Assembly: GCF_056712565.1 (NCBI RefSeq) | Contig: NZ_CM160072.1 | Strand: one strand, 5' to 3' | Length of the DNA stretch: 64,000 nt | Shown here: one piece after another, positions 14,927-27,750 of the stretch | Layout: each line of letters starts with the position of its first letter | Position numbering within the stretch: the stretch's first letter is position 1 | The notes under the pieces: generated by a model | Database searches by the model: none | What the model saw: the letters and a program-made list of their open reading frames with translations, nothing else | What the model was told of the DNA's origin: nothing | Translations under genes and position numbers: made by a program

Positions 14927-16471
14927 ATGGCAGACTCACAACCCCTGTCCGGTGCCCCTGAAGGTGCCGAATATTTAAGAGCGGTGCTGCGCGCGCCGGT
15001 CTACGAAGCGGCGCAGGTCACGCCGCTACAAAAAATGGAAAAACTCTCGTCGCGTCTCGATAACGTGATTCTGGTGAAACGCGAAGACCGTCAGCCAGTT
15101 CATAGCTTTAAGCTGCGCGGCGCATACGCCATGATGGCGGGCCTGACGGAAGAACAGAAAGCGCACGGCGTGATCACCGCTTCTGCGGGTAACCACGCGC
15201 AGGGCGTCGCGTTTTCTTCCGCACGGTTAGGCGTGAAGGCACTGATCGTCATGCCAACCGCCACCGCCGATATCAAAGTCGACGCGGTGCGCGGCTTCGG
15301 CGGCGAAGTGCTTCTTCACGGCGCGAACTTTGATGAAGCAAAAGCGAAAGCGATCGAACTGTCACAGCAGCAGGGCTTCACCTGGGTGCCGCCGTTCGAC
15401 CATCCGATGGTGATCGCCGGGCAAGGCACGCTGGCGCTGGAACTGCTCCAGCAGGACGCCCATCTCGACCGCGTATTTGTGCCAGTCGGCGGCGGCGGTC
15501 TGGCGGCGGGCGTGGCGGTACTGATCAAACAACTGATGCCGCAAATCAAAGTGATTGCCGTGGAAGCGGAAGACTCCGCCTGCCTGAAAGCGGCGCTGGA
15601 TGCAGGTCATCCGGTTGAGCTGCCACGCGTGGGGCTGTTTGCCGAAGGTGTTGCGGTGAAACGCATCGGCGACGAAACCTTCCGTTTATGCCAGGAGTAT
15701 CTCGACGACATCATCACCGTCGATAGCGATGCCATATGTGCGGCGATGAAAGACCTGTTCGAAGATGTGCGCGCGGTAGCGGAACCCTCTGGCGCGCTGG
15801 CACTGGCGGGAATGAAAAAATATATCGCCCAGCACAACATTCGCGGTGAGCGGCTGGCGCATATTCTTTCTGGTGCTAACGTGAACTTTCACGGCCTGCG
15901 CTACGTCTCGGAACGTTGCGAACTGGGCGAACAGCGTGAAGCGTTGCTGGCGGTAACCATCCCGGAAGAGAAGGGCAGCTTCCTGAAGTTCTGCCAGCTG
16001 CTTGGCGGGCGCTCGGTCACCGAGTTCAACTACCGTTTTGCCGATGCCAAAAACGCCTGCATTTTTGTTGGTGTGCGCCTGAGCCGTGGTCTCGAAGAGC
16101 GCAAAGAAATTTTGCAGATGCTCAACGATGGCGGCTACAGCGTAGTGGATCTCTCCGACGACGAAATGGCGAAGCTGCATGTGCGCTATATGGTCGGCGG
16201 GCGTCCGTCGCATCCGTTGCAGGAACGCCTCTACAGCTTCGAATTCCCGGAATCGCCGGGCGCGCTGTTGCGCTTCCTCAACACGCTGGGTACGCACTGG
16301 AACATTTCTTTGTTCCACTATCGCAGCCATGGCACCGACTACGGGCGCGTACTGGCGGCGTTCGAACTTGGCGACCATGAACCGGATTTCGAAACCCGGT
16401 TGAATGAGTTGGGTTACGATTGCCACGACGAAACCAATAACCCGGCGTTCAGGTTCTTTTTGGCGGGTTAA
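14927..16471 (+). CDS. ilvA: threonine dehydratase (biosynthetic), PLP enzyme with C-terminal ACT regulatory domains
   Basis: Track ORF 14924..16471 (515 aa, MMADSQ...); likely start at second Met. Confidence 0.93.
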   Translation: MADSQPLSGAPEGAEYLRAVLRAPVYEAAQVTPLQKMEKLSSRLDNVILVKREDRQPVHSFKLRGAYAMMAGLTEEQKAHGVITASAGNHAQGVAFSSARLGVKALIVMPTATADIKVDAVRGFGGEVLLHGANFDEAKAKAIELSQQQGFTWVPPFDHPMVIAGQGTLALELLQQDAHLDRVFVPVGGGGLAAGVAVLIKQLMPQIKVIAVEAEDSACLKAALDAGHPVELPRVGLFAEGVAVKRIGDETFRLCQEYLDDIITVDSDAICAAMKDLFEDVRAVAEPSGALALAGMKKYIAQHNIRGERLAHILSGANVNFHGLRYVSERCELGEQREALLAVTIPEEKGSFLKFCQLLGGRSVTEFNYRFADAKNACIFVGVRLSRGLEERKEILQMLNDGGYSVVDLSDDEMAKLHVRYMVGGRPSHPLQERLYSFEFPESPGALLRFLNTLGTHWNISLFHYRSHGTDYGRVLAAFELGDHEPDFETRLNELGYDCHDETNNPAFRFFLAG

Positions 16472-17361
16472 TGGTTCGGCAAAATCTTCCAGAACGCCTC
16501 AATCAGCGGCTCATGCAGCCGCTTTTTCTGCGCACAGACGCCCAGTTCAAAAGGTGTTTTCTCATCACTGCGCTCTAAAATCATCACGCGGTTACGCACT
16601 GGTTCCGGGCTGTTTTCCAGCACCACTTCCGGCAACAAGGCCACGCCACAGCCGAGCGCTACCATCGACACCATCGCTTCATGCCCGCCGACCGTGGCGT
16701 AAATCATCGGGTTGCTGATTTTGTTGCGTCGAAACCACAGTTCAATGCGCCGGCGCACCGGTCCCTGATCGGCCATGATAAACGGCACTGTAGACCAGTC
16801 CGGCTTCTCTGCCGAAACTTGGTTACGCACCGGGCAGGGTAGCGCGGGGGCAATCAGCACTACTGCCAGATTCTCCAGCATCGAAAACGCCACTGCGCCG
16901 GGCAGAGTCTCCGGTTTCCCGGCAATCGCCAGATCCGCTTCGCCAGTGACTACCTTTTCCATCGCATCTGCCGCATCACCAGTCGTGAGTTTAATCTCCA
17001 CCGACGGGTGTTCCGCGCGGAAGCGATCGAGAATCGGCGGCAGATGGCTGTAGGCAGCGGTCACCGAGCAGAAGATATGTAATTCGCCAGAGAGCGACGG
17101 TCCTTGCTGATCGATGGTGTGGCGCAGCTGTTGATACTGCAACAGCGTTTGCTGGGCGAAAACGCGCAGTTCTTCGCCTGCTTCGGTTAGCGTTACCGTG
17201 CGGTTATCGCGCACAAACAGCGGCTGACCGAGATCGTCTTCCAGGCGCTGAATCTGCCGAGAGAGCGTGGACGGGCTAACGTGCATTGCCCGCGCGCTGC
17301 GGCCAAAATGGCGGCTTTCCGCCAGATGCAGGAAGGTTTTCAGATCGCGTAAATCCAATGG
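16468..17361 (-). CDS. ilvY: LysR-type regulator IlvY
   Basis: Track ORF 16468..17442; LysR HTH ([38 protein letters not shown]); probable TTG start at the L of LDLRDL giving ~297 aa. Confidence 0.85.
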
Positions 17362-17507
17362 CGCAGCCCTTAATGTTGACGTTGCAGAAATTGCAATGTG
17401 ACGTTGTGAATATATCAATTTCCGCAATAAATTTCCTGTCATATAGTGAATTCAATCTCGCAAACGCGAACCGAACAATAAGAAGCACAACATCACGAGG
17501 AATCACC

Positions 17508-18983
17508 ATGGCTAACTACTTCAATACACTGAATCTGCGCCAGCAGTTGGCACAGCTGGGCAAATGTCGCTTTATGGGGCGCGATGAATTCGCCGATGGC
17601 GCGAGCTACCTTCAGGGTAAAAAAGTAGTCATCGTCGGCTGTGGTGCACAGGGTCTGAACCAGGGCCTGAACATGCGTGATTCTGGTCTCGATATCTCCT
17701 ACGCTCTGCGTAAAGAAGCGATTGCCGAGAAGCGCGCATCCTGGCGTAAAGCGACCGAAAACGGCTTCAAAGTTGGCACTTACGAAGAACTGATCCCGCA
17801 GGCGGATCTGGTGGTTAACCTGACGCCAGACAAGCAGCACTCTGACGTAGTGCGTTCCGTTCAGCCGCTGATGAAAGACGGCGCGGCGCTGGGCTACTCT
17901 CATGGTTTCAATATCGTAGAAGTGGGTGAGCAGATCCGTAAAGACATCACCGTCGTAATGGTTGCGCCGAAATGCCCTGGCACCGAAGTACGTGAAGAGT
18001 ACAAACGTGGATTCGGCGTACCGACGCTGATTGCCGTTCACCCGGAAAACGATCCGAAAGGCGAAGGCATGGCGATCGCTAAAGCATGGGCGGCTGCAAC
18101 CGGCGGTCACCGTGCGGGCGTTCTGGAATCCTCTTTCGTTGCGGAAGTGAAATCTGACCTGATGGGCGAGCAAACCATCCTGTGCGGTATGTTGCAAGCT
18201 GGTTCTCTGCTGTGCTTCGACAAGCTGGTGGAAGAAGGCACCGATCCGGCATACGCAGAAAAACTGATTCAGTTCGGTTGGGAAACCATCACCGAAGCGC
18301 TGAAACAGGGCGGCATCACCCTGATGATGGACCGTCTTTCTAACCCGGCGAAACTGCGTGCTTACGCGCTCTCTGAGCAATTGAAAGAGATCATGGCGCC
18401 GCTGTTCCAGAAACATATGGACGACATCATCTCCGGCGAATTCTCCTCCGGCATGATGGCTGACTGGGCCAACGACGATAAGAAACTGCTGACCTGGCGT
18501 GAAGAGACTGGCAAAACCGCATTCGAAACCGCGCCGCAGTATGAAGGCAAAATCGGCGAACAGGAGTACTTCGATAAAGGCGTACTGATGATCGCGATGG
18601 TAAAAGCAGGCGTTGAGTTGGCGTTTGAAACCATGGTTGATTCCGGCATCATCGAAGAATCTGCTTACTATGAATCACTGCACGAACTGCCGCTGATTGC
18701 CAACACCATCGCCCGTAAGCGTCTGTACGAAATGAACGTGGTTATCTCCGATACTGCCGAGTACGGTAACTATCTGTTCTCTTACGCTTGTGTGCCGCTG
18801 CTGAAACCGTTTATGGCAGAGCTGCAACCGGGCGACCTGGGTAAAGCTATTCCGGAAGGTGCGGTAGATAACGCGCAACTGCGTGATGTAAATGAAGCGA
18901 TTCGCAGCCATGCGATTGAGCAGGTAGGTAAGAAACTGCGCGGCTATATGACGGATATGAAACGTATTGCTGTTGCGGGTTAA
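17508..18983 (+). CDS. ilvC: ketol-acid reductoisomerase (NADP+)
   Basis: Track ORF 17286..18983 is an over-extension; true N-terminus [22 protein letters not shown] (491 aa). Confidence 0.95.
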
Positions 18984-18999
18984 TAGCGATTCAGAGTTC

Positions 19000-19026
19000 A
19001 AGGCCTTCTCCCGGAGAAGGCCTTGC
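19000..19026. terminator. bidirectional terminator between ilvC and ppiC
   Basis: Perfect palindrome aaggccttctcccggagaaggcctt between convergent genes. Confidence 0.7.
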
Positions 19027-19028
19027 TG

Positions 19029-19358
<330 letters not shown>

Positions 19359-19396
19359 TTATTTTCCCCTCCCGACTTTCATTGAGCGATTTTCCT

Positions 19397-21418
19397 ATGC
19401 GTCTAAACCCCGGCCAACAACAAGCTGTCGAATTCGTTACCGGCCCCTGCCTGGTGCTGGCGGGTGCGGGTTCCGGTAAGACGCGAGTGATCACCAATAA
19501 AATCGCTCACCTGATTCGCGGTTGCGGTTATCAGGCGCGGCATATTGCGGCAGTCACCTTTACCAACAAAGCGGCGCGCGAGATGAAAGAGCGTGTGGCG
19601 CAGACGCTGGGGCGCAAAGAGGCGCGAGGGTTGATGATCTCCACCTTCCACACGCTTGGGCTGGATATTATCAAGCGCGAATATGCGGCGTTGGGGATGA
19701 AGTCTAACTTTTCGCTGTTTGACGATACCGATCAGCTTGCTTTGCTTAAAGAGTTGACCGAGGGGCTGATTGAAGATGACAAAGTTCTCCTGCAACAGCT
19801 AATTTCGACCATCTCCAACTGGAAGAACGATCTCAAAACACCGGCGCAGGCGGCGGCAGAGGCAAAGGGCGAGCGGGACCGTATTTTTGCCCATTGTTAT
19901 GGGCTGTATGATGCACACCTGAAAGCCTGTAACGTTCTCGACTTCGATGATCTGATTTTATTGCCAACGTTGCTGCTGCAACGCAATGAAGAAGTCCGCG
20001 AGCGCTGGCAGAACAAAATTCGCTACCTGCTGGTGGATGAGTATCAGGACACCAACACCAGCCAGTATGAACTGGTGAAACTGCTGGTGGGCAGCCGCGC
20101 GCGCTTTACCGTGGTGGGTGACGATGACCAGTCGATCTACTCCTGGCGCGGCGCACGTCCGCAGAATCTGGTGCTGCTGAGCCAGGATTTTCCGGCGCTG
20201 AAGGTGATTAAGCTTGAGCAGAACTACCGCTCTTCCGGACGTATTTTGAAAGCGGCGAACATCCTGATCGCCAATAACCCGCACGTCTTTGAAAAGCGTC
20301 TGTTCTCCGAACTGGGTTACGGCACAGAGCTAAAAGTTTTAAGCGCGAATAACGAGGAACATGAAGCCGAGCGCGTCACCGGCGAGCTGATCGCCCATCA
20401 CTTCGTCAATAAAACGCAGTACAAAGATTACGCCATTCTTTATCGCGGCAACCATCAGTCGCGGGTATTTGAAAAATTCCTGATGCAAAACCGCATCCCG
20501 TACAAAATATCTGGCGGTACGTCGTTTTTCTCTCGTCCTGAAATCAAGGACTTGCTGGCTTATCTGCGCGTGCTGACTAACCCGGACGATGACAGCGCAT
20601 TTCTGCGTATCGTTAACACGCCGAAGCGAGAGATTGGCCCGGCGACGCTGAAAAAGCTAGGTGAATGGGCGATGACGCGCAATAAAAGCATGTTTACCGC
20701 CAGCTTTGATATGGGCCTGAGTCAGACCCTGAGCGGACGTGGTTATGAAGCATTGACCCGCTTCACTCACTGGTTGGCGGAAATCCAGCGTCTGGCGGAG
20801 CGGGAGCCGATTGCCGCGGTGCGTGATCTGATCCACGGCATGGATTATGAATCCTGGCTGTACGAAACATCGCCCAGCCCGAAAGCCGCCGAAATGCGCA
20901 TGAAGAACGTCAACCAACTGTTTAGCTGGATGACGGAGATGCTCGAAGGCAGCGAACTGGATGAGCCGATGACGCTCACCCAGGTGGTGACGCGCTTTAC
21001 TTTGCGCGACATGATGGAGCGCGGCGAGAGCGAGGAAGAGCTGGATCAGGTGCAACTGATGACTCTGCACGCGTCGAAAGGGCTGGAGTTTCCCTATGTC
21101 TACATGGTTGGTATGGAAGAAGGGTTTTTGCCCCACCAGAGCAGCATCGATGAAGACAATATTGATGAGGAGCGGCGGCTGGCCTATGTCGGCATTACCC
21201 GCGCCCAGAAGGAATTGACCTTTACGCTGTGTAAAGAACGCCGTCAGTACGGCGAACTGGTGCGCCCGGAGCCGAGCCGCTTCCTGCTGGAGCTGCCGCA
21301 GGATGATTTGATTTGGGAACAGGAGCGCAAAGTGGTCAGCGCCGAAGAACGGATGCAGAAAGGGCAAAGCCATCTGGCGAATCTGAAAGCGATGATGGCG
21401 GCAAAACGAGGGAAATAA
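19397..21418 (+). CDS. rep: ATP-dependent DNA helicase Rep (SF1 UvrD/Rep family)
   Basis: Track ORF 19382..21418; known start [31 protein letters not shown] (673 aa); Walker A GSGKTR. Confidence 0.94.
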   Translation: MRLNPGQQQAVEFVTGPCLVLAGAGSGKTRVITNKIAHLIRGCGYQARHIAAVTFTNKAAREMKERVAQTLGRKEARGLMISTFHTLGLDIIKREYAALGMKSNFSLFDDTDQLALLKELTEGLIEDDKVLLQQLISTISNWKNDLKTPAQAAAEAKGERDRIFAHCYGLYDAHLKACNVLDFDDLILLPTLLLQRNEEVRERWQNKIRYLLVDEYQDTNTSQYELVKLLVGSRARFTVVGDDDQSIYSWRGARPQNLVLLSQDFPALKVIKLEQNYRSSGRILKAANILIANNPHVFEKRLFSELGYGTELKVLSANNEEHEAERVTGELIAHHFVNKTQYKDYAILYRGNHQSRVFEKFLMQNRIPYKISGGTSFFSRPEIKDLLAYLRVLTNPDDDSAFLRIVNTPKREIGPATLKKLGEWAMTRNKSMFTASFDMGLSQTLSGRGYEALTRFTHWLAEIQRLAEREPIAAVRDLIHGMDYESWLYETSPSPKAAEMRMKNVNQLFSWMTEMLEGSELDEPMTLTQVVTRFTLRDMMERGESEEELDQVQLMTLHASKGLEFPYVYMVGMEEGFLPHQSSIDEDNIDEERRLAYVGITRAQKELTFTLCKERRQYGELVRPEPSRFLLELPQDDLIWEQERKVVSAEERMQKGQSHLANLKAMMAAKRGK

Positions 21419-21464
21419 TCAAGGCCGGAAAAGATGTGTCAGCATCGCATCCGGCACTTACTCA

Positions 21465-22958
21465 TTAATGCACTTCCAGCGGCCAGTGGACATAGCTCTG
21501 CCACTGGCTTTCCTGATCAATAATCTCTTTACCCAGCGGATGTTGGGTTAGCCAACCTTGCGGAAGCGTCAAGGTCAACAGTTCATGGTTAGCCTGTAAT
21601 GTCATCTCTGGCACGAGATCGTCACGGCGACGGCTGGCAAAAATGATAGCCAGGCGGAGTAAACGGCAGAGTTGTTCTGCGACGCGCGGTGGTACGGCAT
21701 TTTGCTGATGCAGCGATGAGAGATCGACCGGATTAGTCTGGTTGAGCAGTAGCGTCGCCAGCAGTTTTTTCTGTGCGGGGGTAAAACCGGGAAGATCTAG
21801 GTTACGCACCAGATAAGCAGCGTGTTGCGGCGCTTGTTTGAAGTCAACGCTCAGGCCGATTTCATGAAGCTGACAGGCGCTGATGAGCAAATCGCGGCTT
21901 ATTGCTTCAAGATGCCATTCATTTTCCACCTGATCGAAGAAGTTAGCCGCAACCTTGGCTACGCGCTGTGCCTGATCAATATCGATCATAAAGCGGCGCT
22001 GAATATTACGCAGCGTACGGCTGCGAATATCCTGCTCGACGGTAAGATGCAACATACCGTAGACCAGGCCTTCACGCAGCGCACCGCCCGCCAGGGTCAT
22101 ACACTGAATATTCAGTTCGGTAAAAATGGCTATCAGGATCGCCAGACCACTCGGGAACACTAACGCACGTTCCAGCGTCAGCCCGTCAATCTCTAGCTCT
22201 TCCAGCCGACCGCAATGAATGGCGCGTTGTTTCAGTTGCTGCAACTTTTCCAGGGTAATGCGTTCATCCATCCCCTGTGCCATCATGATTTCCTGTAACG
22301 CCTGCACGGTGCCGGAAGCGCCAACGCACACTTTCCAGCCGTGATACCGTAATTCATCGGCAACCGGACGTAACACTTCGCGTGCCGCTTTTTCTGCAGC
22401 ATCAAAATTTTCCTGCCCCAGATTACGATCGGCAAAATAGCGTTCCAGCCAGGTAACGCAGCCCATCGACAGGCTGAACAAAGAGGTGGTTTGTGCACCC
22501 GTGCCGGTTACCAGTTCAGTACTGGCTCCGCCGATATCCACCACCAGGCGCTGATCGGCACCGCCAGTGGTGTGAGCAACGCCCTGATAAATCAGACGCG
22601 CTTCCTCTTCACCGCTGATCACCTGTACCGGACAACCGAGGATTTCCTGCGCTTTGGCAATAAAATCACCCGCATTGACGGCAAGTCGTAATGTCGCCGT
22701 AGCGACAACGCGAATTTGCGAGGGAGGGATATCTTGCAGACGTTCAGCAAACAGGCGCAGACATTGCCAACCGCGCTCCATTGCTTCATTAGACAGGGCA
22801 TTTTCGCTATTCAGGCCGGCAGCCAGACGCACTTTGCGTTTTATTCGCGTCAGCGTCTGGATGCTTCCAGCCACCTCGCGCACAACCAGCATATGAAAAC
22901 TATTCGAACCGAGATCAATGGCTGCATACAGCGACGAGGTGGAACCCATACTCTTCAT
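21465..22958 (-). CDS. gppA: guanosine pentaphosphate phosphohydrolase / exopolyphosphatase family
   Basis: 497-aa track ORF; Ppx/GppA N-terminal motif ([16 protein letters not shown]); true start may be 3 codons in (MGSTSS). Confidence 0.9.
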   Translation of the reverse strand: MKSMGSTSSLYAAIDLGSNSFHMLVVREVAGSIQTLTRIKRKVRLAAGLNSENALSNEAMERGWQCLRLFAERLQDIPPSQIRVVATATLRLAVNAGDFIAKAQEILGCPVQVISGEEEARLIYQGVAHTTGGADQRLVVDIGGASTELVTGTGAQTTSLFSLSMGCVTWLERYFADRNLGQENFDAAEKAAREVLRPVADELRYHGWKVCVGASGTVQALQEIMMAQGMDERITLEKLQQLKQRAIHCGRLEELEIDGLTLERALVFPSGLAILIAIFTELNIQCMTLAGGALREGLVYGMLHLTVEQDIRSRTLRNIQRRFMIDIDQAQRVAKVAANFFDQVENEWHLEAISRDLLISACQLHEIGLSVDFKQAPQHAAYLVRNLDLPGFTPAQKKLLATLLLNQTNPVDLSSLHQQNAVPPRVAEQLCRLLRLAIIFASRRRDDLVPEMTLQANHELLTLTLPQGWLTQHPLGKEIIDQESQWQSYVHWPLEVH

Positions 22959-23084
22959 CCTTCAATCTGTCTCTGCGTTGGCTGCATTCCTTCACCTGAA
23001 TCACTTACGACAGTAAGCGCATCGGGATTCATTCTCTTGCCATCTTGATACAGCTTGAGTGATTTGGAGTATGACATTTTTTCT

Positions 23085-24350
23085 TTAACCTGAACGACGA
23101 CGATTACGCGGAGCGCCAGTACGACGCGGACCATTGCCTGTGCGCGGGCGCGTGAGGCGCAGCGGTTTTGGCAGATCGGTCATCAATGCGTCCGGATTGT
23201 ATTTACTTACCGGAATTGAGTGACCAATATAGGTCTCAATAGCAGGCAAATTCAATGCATACTCTTCACACGCCAGGCTAATAGAGTGACCGCTTGCGCC
23301 TGCGCGACCTGTTCGACCAATACGGTGAACGTAATCTTCACAGTCATCGGGTAAATCGTAGTTAAAGACGTGTGTCACAGCAGGAATATGCAAACCACGC
23401 GCGGCAACGTCGGTGGCAACCAGAATATCCAGATCCCCACGGGTAAATTCATCAAGAATACGCAGACGTTTTTTCTGCGCGACATCGCCTGTCAATAAAC
23501 CGACACGATGACCATCTGCCGCCAGGTGGCCCCAGATCTCTTCACAACGGTGTTTGGTGTTGGCGAAAATAATCGCTCTGTCTGGCCACTCTTCTTCGAT
23601 CAGCGTTTGCAGCAAACGCATTTTTTCTTCGTTAGAAGGGTAGAAAAGCTCTTCTTTAATACGATGGCCCGTTTTCTGTTCCGGTTCCACTTCAATATAT
23701 TCGGCATTGTTCATCTGCTCGAACGCCAGTTCACGTACCCGGTACGAAAGCGTGGCGGAGAACAGCATGTTGAGGCGCTGGTTTGCAGGCGGCATACGGC
23801 GGAACAGCCAGCGGATATCTTTAATAAAGCCCAGATCGTACATGCGATCGGCTTCGTCCAGTACCACCACCTGAATGGCACCGAGGTTAATGTGGTTCTG
23901 CTTGGCGTAGTCAATTAAACGACCCGTGGTGCCAATCAGAATGTCAACGCCGCTTTCCAGCACTTTCAGCTGTTTGTCGTAGCCATCACCACCGTAAGCC
24001 AGACCCAGCTTCAGGCCAGTAGCTTCCGCCAGTGGTTCCGCGTCGGCATGGATCTGCACGGCAAGTTCACGCGTCGGTGCCATAATTAAGGCACGCGGTT
24101 GATTCACCTTGCGATCGGCAATCGCGGGATGAGAGAGAAGATAATGAAACGTTGACGTAAGAAACGCCATCGTTTTCCCGGTACCGGTTTGCGCCTGCCC
24201 GGCTACGTCACGACCCGCCAGCGTCAGCGGAAGGGCCAGTGCCTGAATGGGCGTACAGTTATGAAACCCTTTTTTTTCAAGGGCTTCTACAACCTTCGGA
24301 TGCAGGGCGAAGTCGGAAAACTTCTGTTCTGTTAAATGTGTTTTGCTCAT
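23085..24350 (-). CDS. rhlB: ATP-dependent RNA helicase RhlB (DEAD-box)
   Basis: 421-aa ORF; motifs [12 protein letters not shown] (VLDEAD), SAT; Arg-rich C-tail. Confidence 0.94.
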
Positions 24351-24480
24351 AGTGTGGTAGAATATCAGCTTACTATTGCTTTACGAAAGCGTATCCGGTG
24401 AAATAAAGTCAACCTTTAGTTGGTTAATGTTACACCAACAACGAAACCAACACGCCAGGCTTATTCCTGTGGAGTTATAT

Positions 24481-24810
24481 ATGAGCGATAAAATTATTCA
24501 CCTGACTGACGACAGTTTTGACACGGATGTACTCAAAGCGGACGGGGCGATCCTCGTCGATTTCTGGGCAGAGTGGTGCGGTCCGTGCAAAATGATCGCC
24601 CCGATTCTGGATGAAATCGCTGACGAATATCAGGGCAAACTGACCGTTGCAAAACTGAACATCGATCAAAACCCTGGCACTGCGCCGAAATATGGCATCC
24701 GTGGTATCCCGACTCTGCTGCTGTTCAAAAACGGTGAAGTGGCGGCAACCAAAGTGGGCGCACTGTCTAAAGGTCAGTTGAAAGAGTTCCTCGACGCTAA
24801 CCTGGCGTAA
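24481..24810 (+). CDS. trxA: thioredoxin 1
   Basis: Track ORF 24376..24810; known protein [38 protein letters not shown] (109 aa) with WCGPC active site. Confidence 0.95.
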
Positions 24811-24950
24811 GGGAATTTCATGTTCGGGTGCCCCGTCGCTAAAAACTGGACGCCCGGCGTGAGTCATGCTAACTTAGTGTTGACTTCGTATTAAACATAC
24901 CTTATTAAGTTTGAATCTTGTAATTTCCAACGCTTCCCGTTTTATCTTAA

Positions 24951-25052
24951 ATGCGAAGTGAACAGATTTCTGGCTCGTCACTCAATCCGTCTTGTCGTTT
25001 CAGTTCTGCGTACTCTCCTGTGACCAGGCAGCGAAAAGACATGAGTCGATGA
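24951..25052 (+). CDS. rhoL: rho leader peptide
   Basis: atgcgaagtgaacagatttctggctcgtcactcaatccgtcttgtcgtttcagttctgcgtactctcctgtgaccaggcagcgaaaagacatgagtcgatga (33 aa) in the rho 5' leader. Confidence 0.6.
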   Translation: MRSEQISGSSLNPSCRFSSAYSPVTRQRKDMSR

Positions 25053-25136
25053 CCGTAAACAGGCATGGATGATCCTGCCATACCATTCACAACATTAAGT
25101 TCGAGATTTACCCCAAGTTTAAGAACTCACACCACT

Positions 25137-26396
25137 ATGAATCTTACCGAATTAAAGAATACGCCGGTTTCTGAGCTGATCACTCTCGGCGAAAATATGG
25201 GGCTGGAAAACCTGGCTCGTATGCGTAAGCAGGACATTATTTTTGCCATCCTGAAGCAGCACGCAAAGAGTGGCGAAGATATCTTTGGTGATGGCGTACT
25301 GGAGATATTGCAGGATGGATTTGGTTTCCTCCGTTCCGCAGACAGCTCCTACCTCGCCGGTCCTGATGACATCTACGTTTCCCCTAGCCAAATCCGCCGT
25401 TTCAACCTCCGCACTGGTGATACCATCTCTGGTAAGATTCGCCCGCCGAAAGAAGGTGAACGCTATTTTGCGCTGCTGAAAGTTAACGAAGTTAACTTCG
25501 ACAAACCTGAAAACGCCCGCAACAAAATCCTCTTTGAGAACTTAACCCCGCTGCACGCAAACTCTCGTCTGCGTATGGAACGTGGTAACGGTTCTACGGA
25601 AGATTTAACCGCTCGCGTACTGGATCTGGCATCACCTATCGGTCGTGGTCAGCGTGGTCTGATTGTGGCACCGCCGAAAGCCGGTAAAACCATGCTGCTG
25701 CAGAACATTGCTCAGAGCATTGCTTACAACCACCCGGATTGTGTGCTGATGGTTCTGCTGATCGACGAACGTCCGGAAGAAGTAACCGAGATGCAGCGTC
25801 TGGTAAAAGGTGAAGTTGTTGCTTCTACCTTTGACGAACCCGCATCTCGCCACGTTCAGGTTGCGGAAATGGTGATCGAGAAGGCGAAACGCCTGGTTGA
25901 GCACAAGAAAGACGTTATCATTCTGCTCGACTCCATCACTCGTCTGGCGCGCGCTTACAACACCGTTGTTCCGGCGTCAGGTAAAGTGTTGACCGGTGGT
26001 GTGGACGCCAACGCCCTGCATCGTCCGAAACGCTTCTTCGGTGCGGCGCGTAACGTGGAAGAGGGCGGCAGCCTGACCATTATCGCGACGGCGCTTATCG
26101 ATACCGGTTCTAAAATGGACGAAGTTATCTACGAAGAGTTTAAAGGTACAGGCAACATGGAACTGCACCTCTCTCGTAAGATCGCTGAAAAACGCGTCTT
26201 CCCGGCTATCGACTACAACCGTTCCGGTACCCGTAAAGAAGAGCTGCTCACGACTCAGGAAGAACTGCAGAAAATGTGGATCCTGCGCAAAATCATTCAC
26301 CCGATGGGCGAAATCGATGCAATGGAATTCCTCATTAATAAACTGGCAATGACCAAGACCAATGACGATTTCTTCGAAATGATGAAACGCTCATAA
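25137..26396 (+). CDS. rho: transcription termination factor Rho
   Basis: Track ORF 25065..26396; known start [25 protein letters not shown] (419 aa); Walker A APPKAGKT. Confidence 0.96.
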
Positions 26397-26403
26397 ATTT
26401 GTC

Positions 26404-26446
26404 TTATGCCAAAAACGCCACGTGTTTACGTGGCGTTTTGCTTTTA
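26404..26446 (+). terminator. rho intrinsic terminator
   Basis: ccaaaaacgccacgtgtttacgtggcgttttgctttt: hairpin plus T-run. Confidence 0.75.
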
Positions 26447-26635
26447 TATCTGTAATCTTAATGCCGCGCTGGCGATGTTAGGAAAATTCCTGGATTTTGC
26501 TGGTGTGTTATGCAATTTGCATATCAAGTAGTTAATTTTCGCATAGTGCTGGTAGGTTCGGAACGGACTTTCCTTTCTGAATAAAGGTCTTCGTGGTTAT
26601 ACTTCTGCTAATAATTTTCTCTGAGAGCATGCATT

Positions 26636-27739
26636 GTGAATTTACTGACAGTGAGTACTGATCTCATCAGTATTTTTTTATTCACGACACTGTTTCTGTT
26701 TTTTGCCCGTAAGGTGGCAAAAAAAGTCGGTTTAGTGGATAAACCAAACTTCCGCAAACGTCACCAGGGATTGATACCTCTCGTTGGGGGGATTTCGGTT
26801 TACGCAGGGATTTGCTTCACGTTCGGAATTGTCGATTACTATATTCCGCATGCATCTCTCTATCTCGCTTGTGCTGGTGTGCTTGTTTTCATTGGCGCGC
26901 TGGATGACCGTTTTGATATCAGCGTAAAAATCCGTGCCACCATACAGGCCGCTGTTGGCATTGTTATGATGGTGTTCGGCAAACTTTATCTCAGTAGCCT
27001 GGGTTATATCTTTGGCTCCTGGGAGATGGTGCTCGGACCGTTTGGTTACTTCCTGACGCTATTTGCCGTCTGGGCGGCCATTAATGCGTTCAACATGGTT
27101 GATGGCATTGATGGCTTGCTGGGCGGGTTGTCCTGCGTCTCGTTTGCAGCAATCGGTATGATTTTGTGGTTCGACGGGCAAACCAGTCTCGCAATCTGGT
27201 GCTTTGCGATGATCGCCGCCATCCTGCCATACATCATGCTTAACCTTGGTATCCTGGGTCGCCGCTACAAAGTCTTTATGGGGGATGCGGGCAGTACGCT
27301 GATTGGTTTTACCGTTATCTGGATCCTGCTCGAAACGACCCAGGGCAAAACTCATCCCATCAGCCCGGTTACCGCTTTGTGGATAATCGCCATTCCGCTA
27401 ATGGATATGGTGGCGATTATGTACCGTCGCCTGCGTAAAGGCATGAGCCCATTCTCTCCAGACCGTCAGCATATTCACCATTTGATCATGCGTGCCGGGT
27501 TTACTTCCCGCCAGGCGTTTGTGCTGATTACCCTTGCCGCAGCACTGCTCGCTTCCATTGGCGTGCTGGCAGAATATTCTCATTTTGTCCCGGAGTGGGT
27601 CATGCTGGTGCTCTTTTTGCTAGCATTCTTCCTCTATGGATATTGCATTAAGCGTGCCTGGAAAGTTGCTCGCTTTATTAAGCGCGTAAAACGCAGACTG
27701 CGTAGAAATCGTGGTGGCAGCCCCAATTTAACCAAATAA
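26636..27739 (+). CDS. wecA: UDP-GlcNAc:undecaprenyl-phosphate GlcNAc-1-phosphate transferase (ECA/O-antigen initiation)
   Basis: 367-aa polytopic membrane ORF (GTG start), MraY/WecA family; first gene of the ECA cluster. Confidence 0.93.
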   Translation: MNLLTVSTDLISIFLFTTLFLFFARKVAKKVGLVDKPNFRKRHQGLIPLVGGISVYAGICFTFGIVDYYIPHASLYLACAGVLVFIGALDDRFDISVKIRATIQAAVGIVMMVFGKLYLSSLGYIFGSWEMVLGPFGYFLTLFAVWAAINAFNMVDGIDGLLGGLSCVSFAAIGMILWFDGQTSLAIWCFAMIAAILPYIMLNLGILGRRYKVFMGDAGSTLIGFTVIWILLETTQGKTHPISPVTALWIIAIPLMDMVAIMYRRLRKGMSPFSPDRQHIHHLIMRAGFTSRQAFVLITLAAALLASIGVLAEYSHFVPEWVMLVLFLLAFFLYGYCIKRAWKVARFIKRVKRRLRRNRGGSPNLTK

Positions 27740-27750
27740 ATGAGGATGTG

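Noticed and set aside
15686-16426. 246-aa antisense ORF inside ilvA, and similar long antisense ORFs (17493..18416 in ilvC, 43470..44222 in aslA, 34013..35188 across wecE/wzxE, 30463..31203 in wecC, 57811..58293 in xerC)
   Set aside because: Each is fully embedded antisense to a well-supported conserved gene, has no recognisable domain, and is typical of chance ORFs in GC-rich coding DNA.
17286-17507. N-terminal extension of the ilvC track ORF (565 aa)
   Set aside because: The extension overlaps the divergent ilvY coding region; the known IlvC N-terminus [10 protein letters not shown] starts at 17508.
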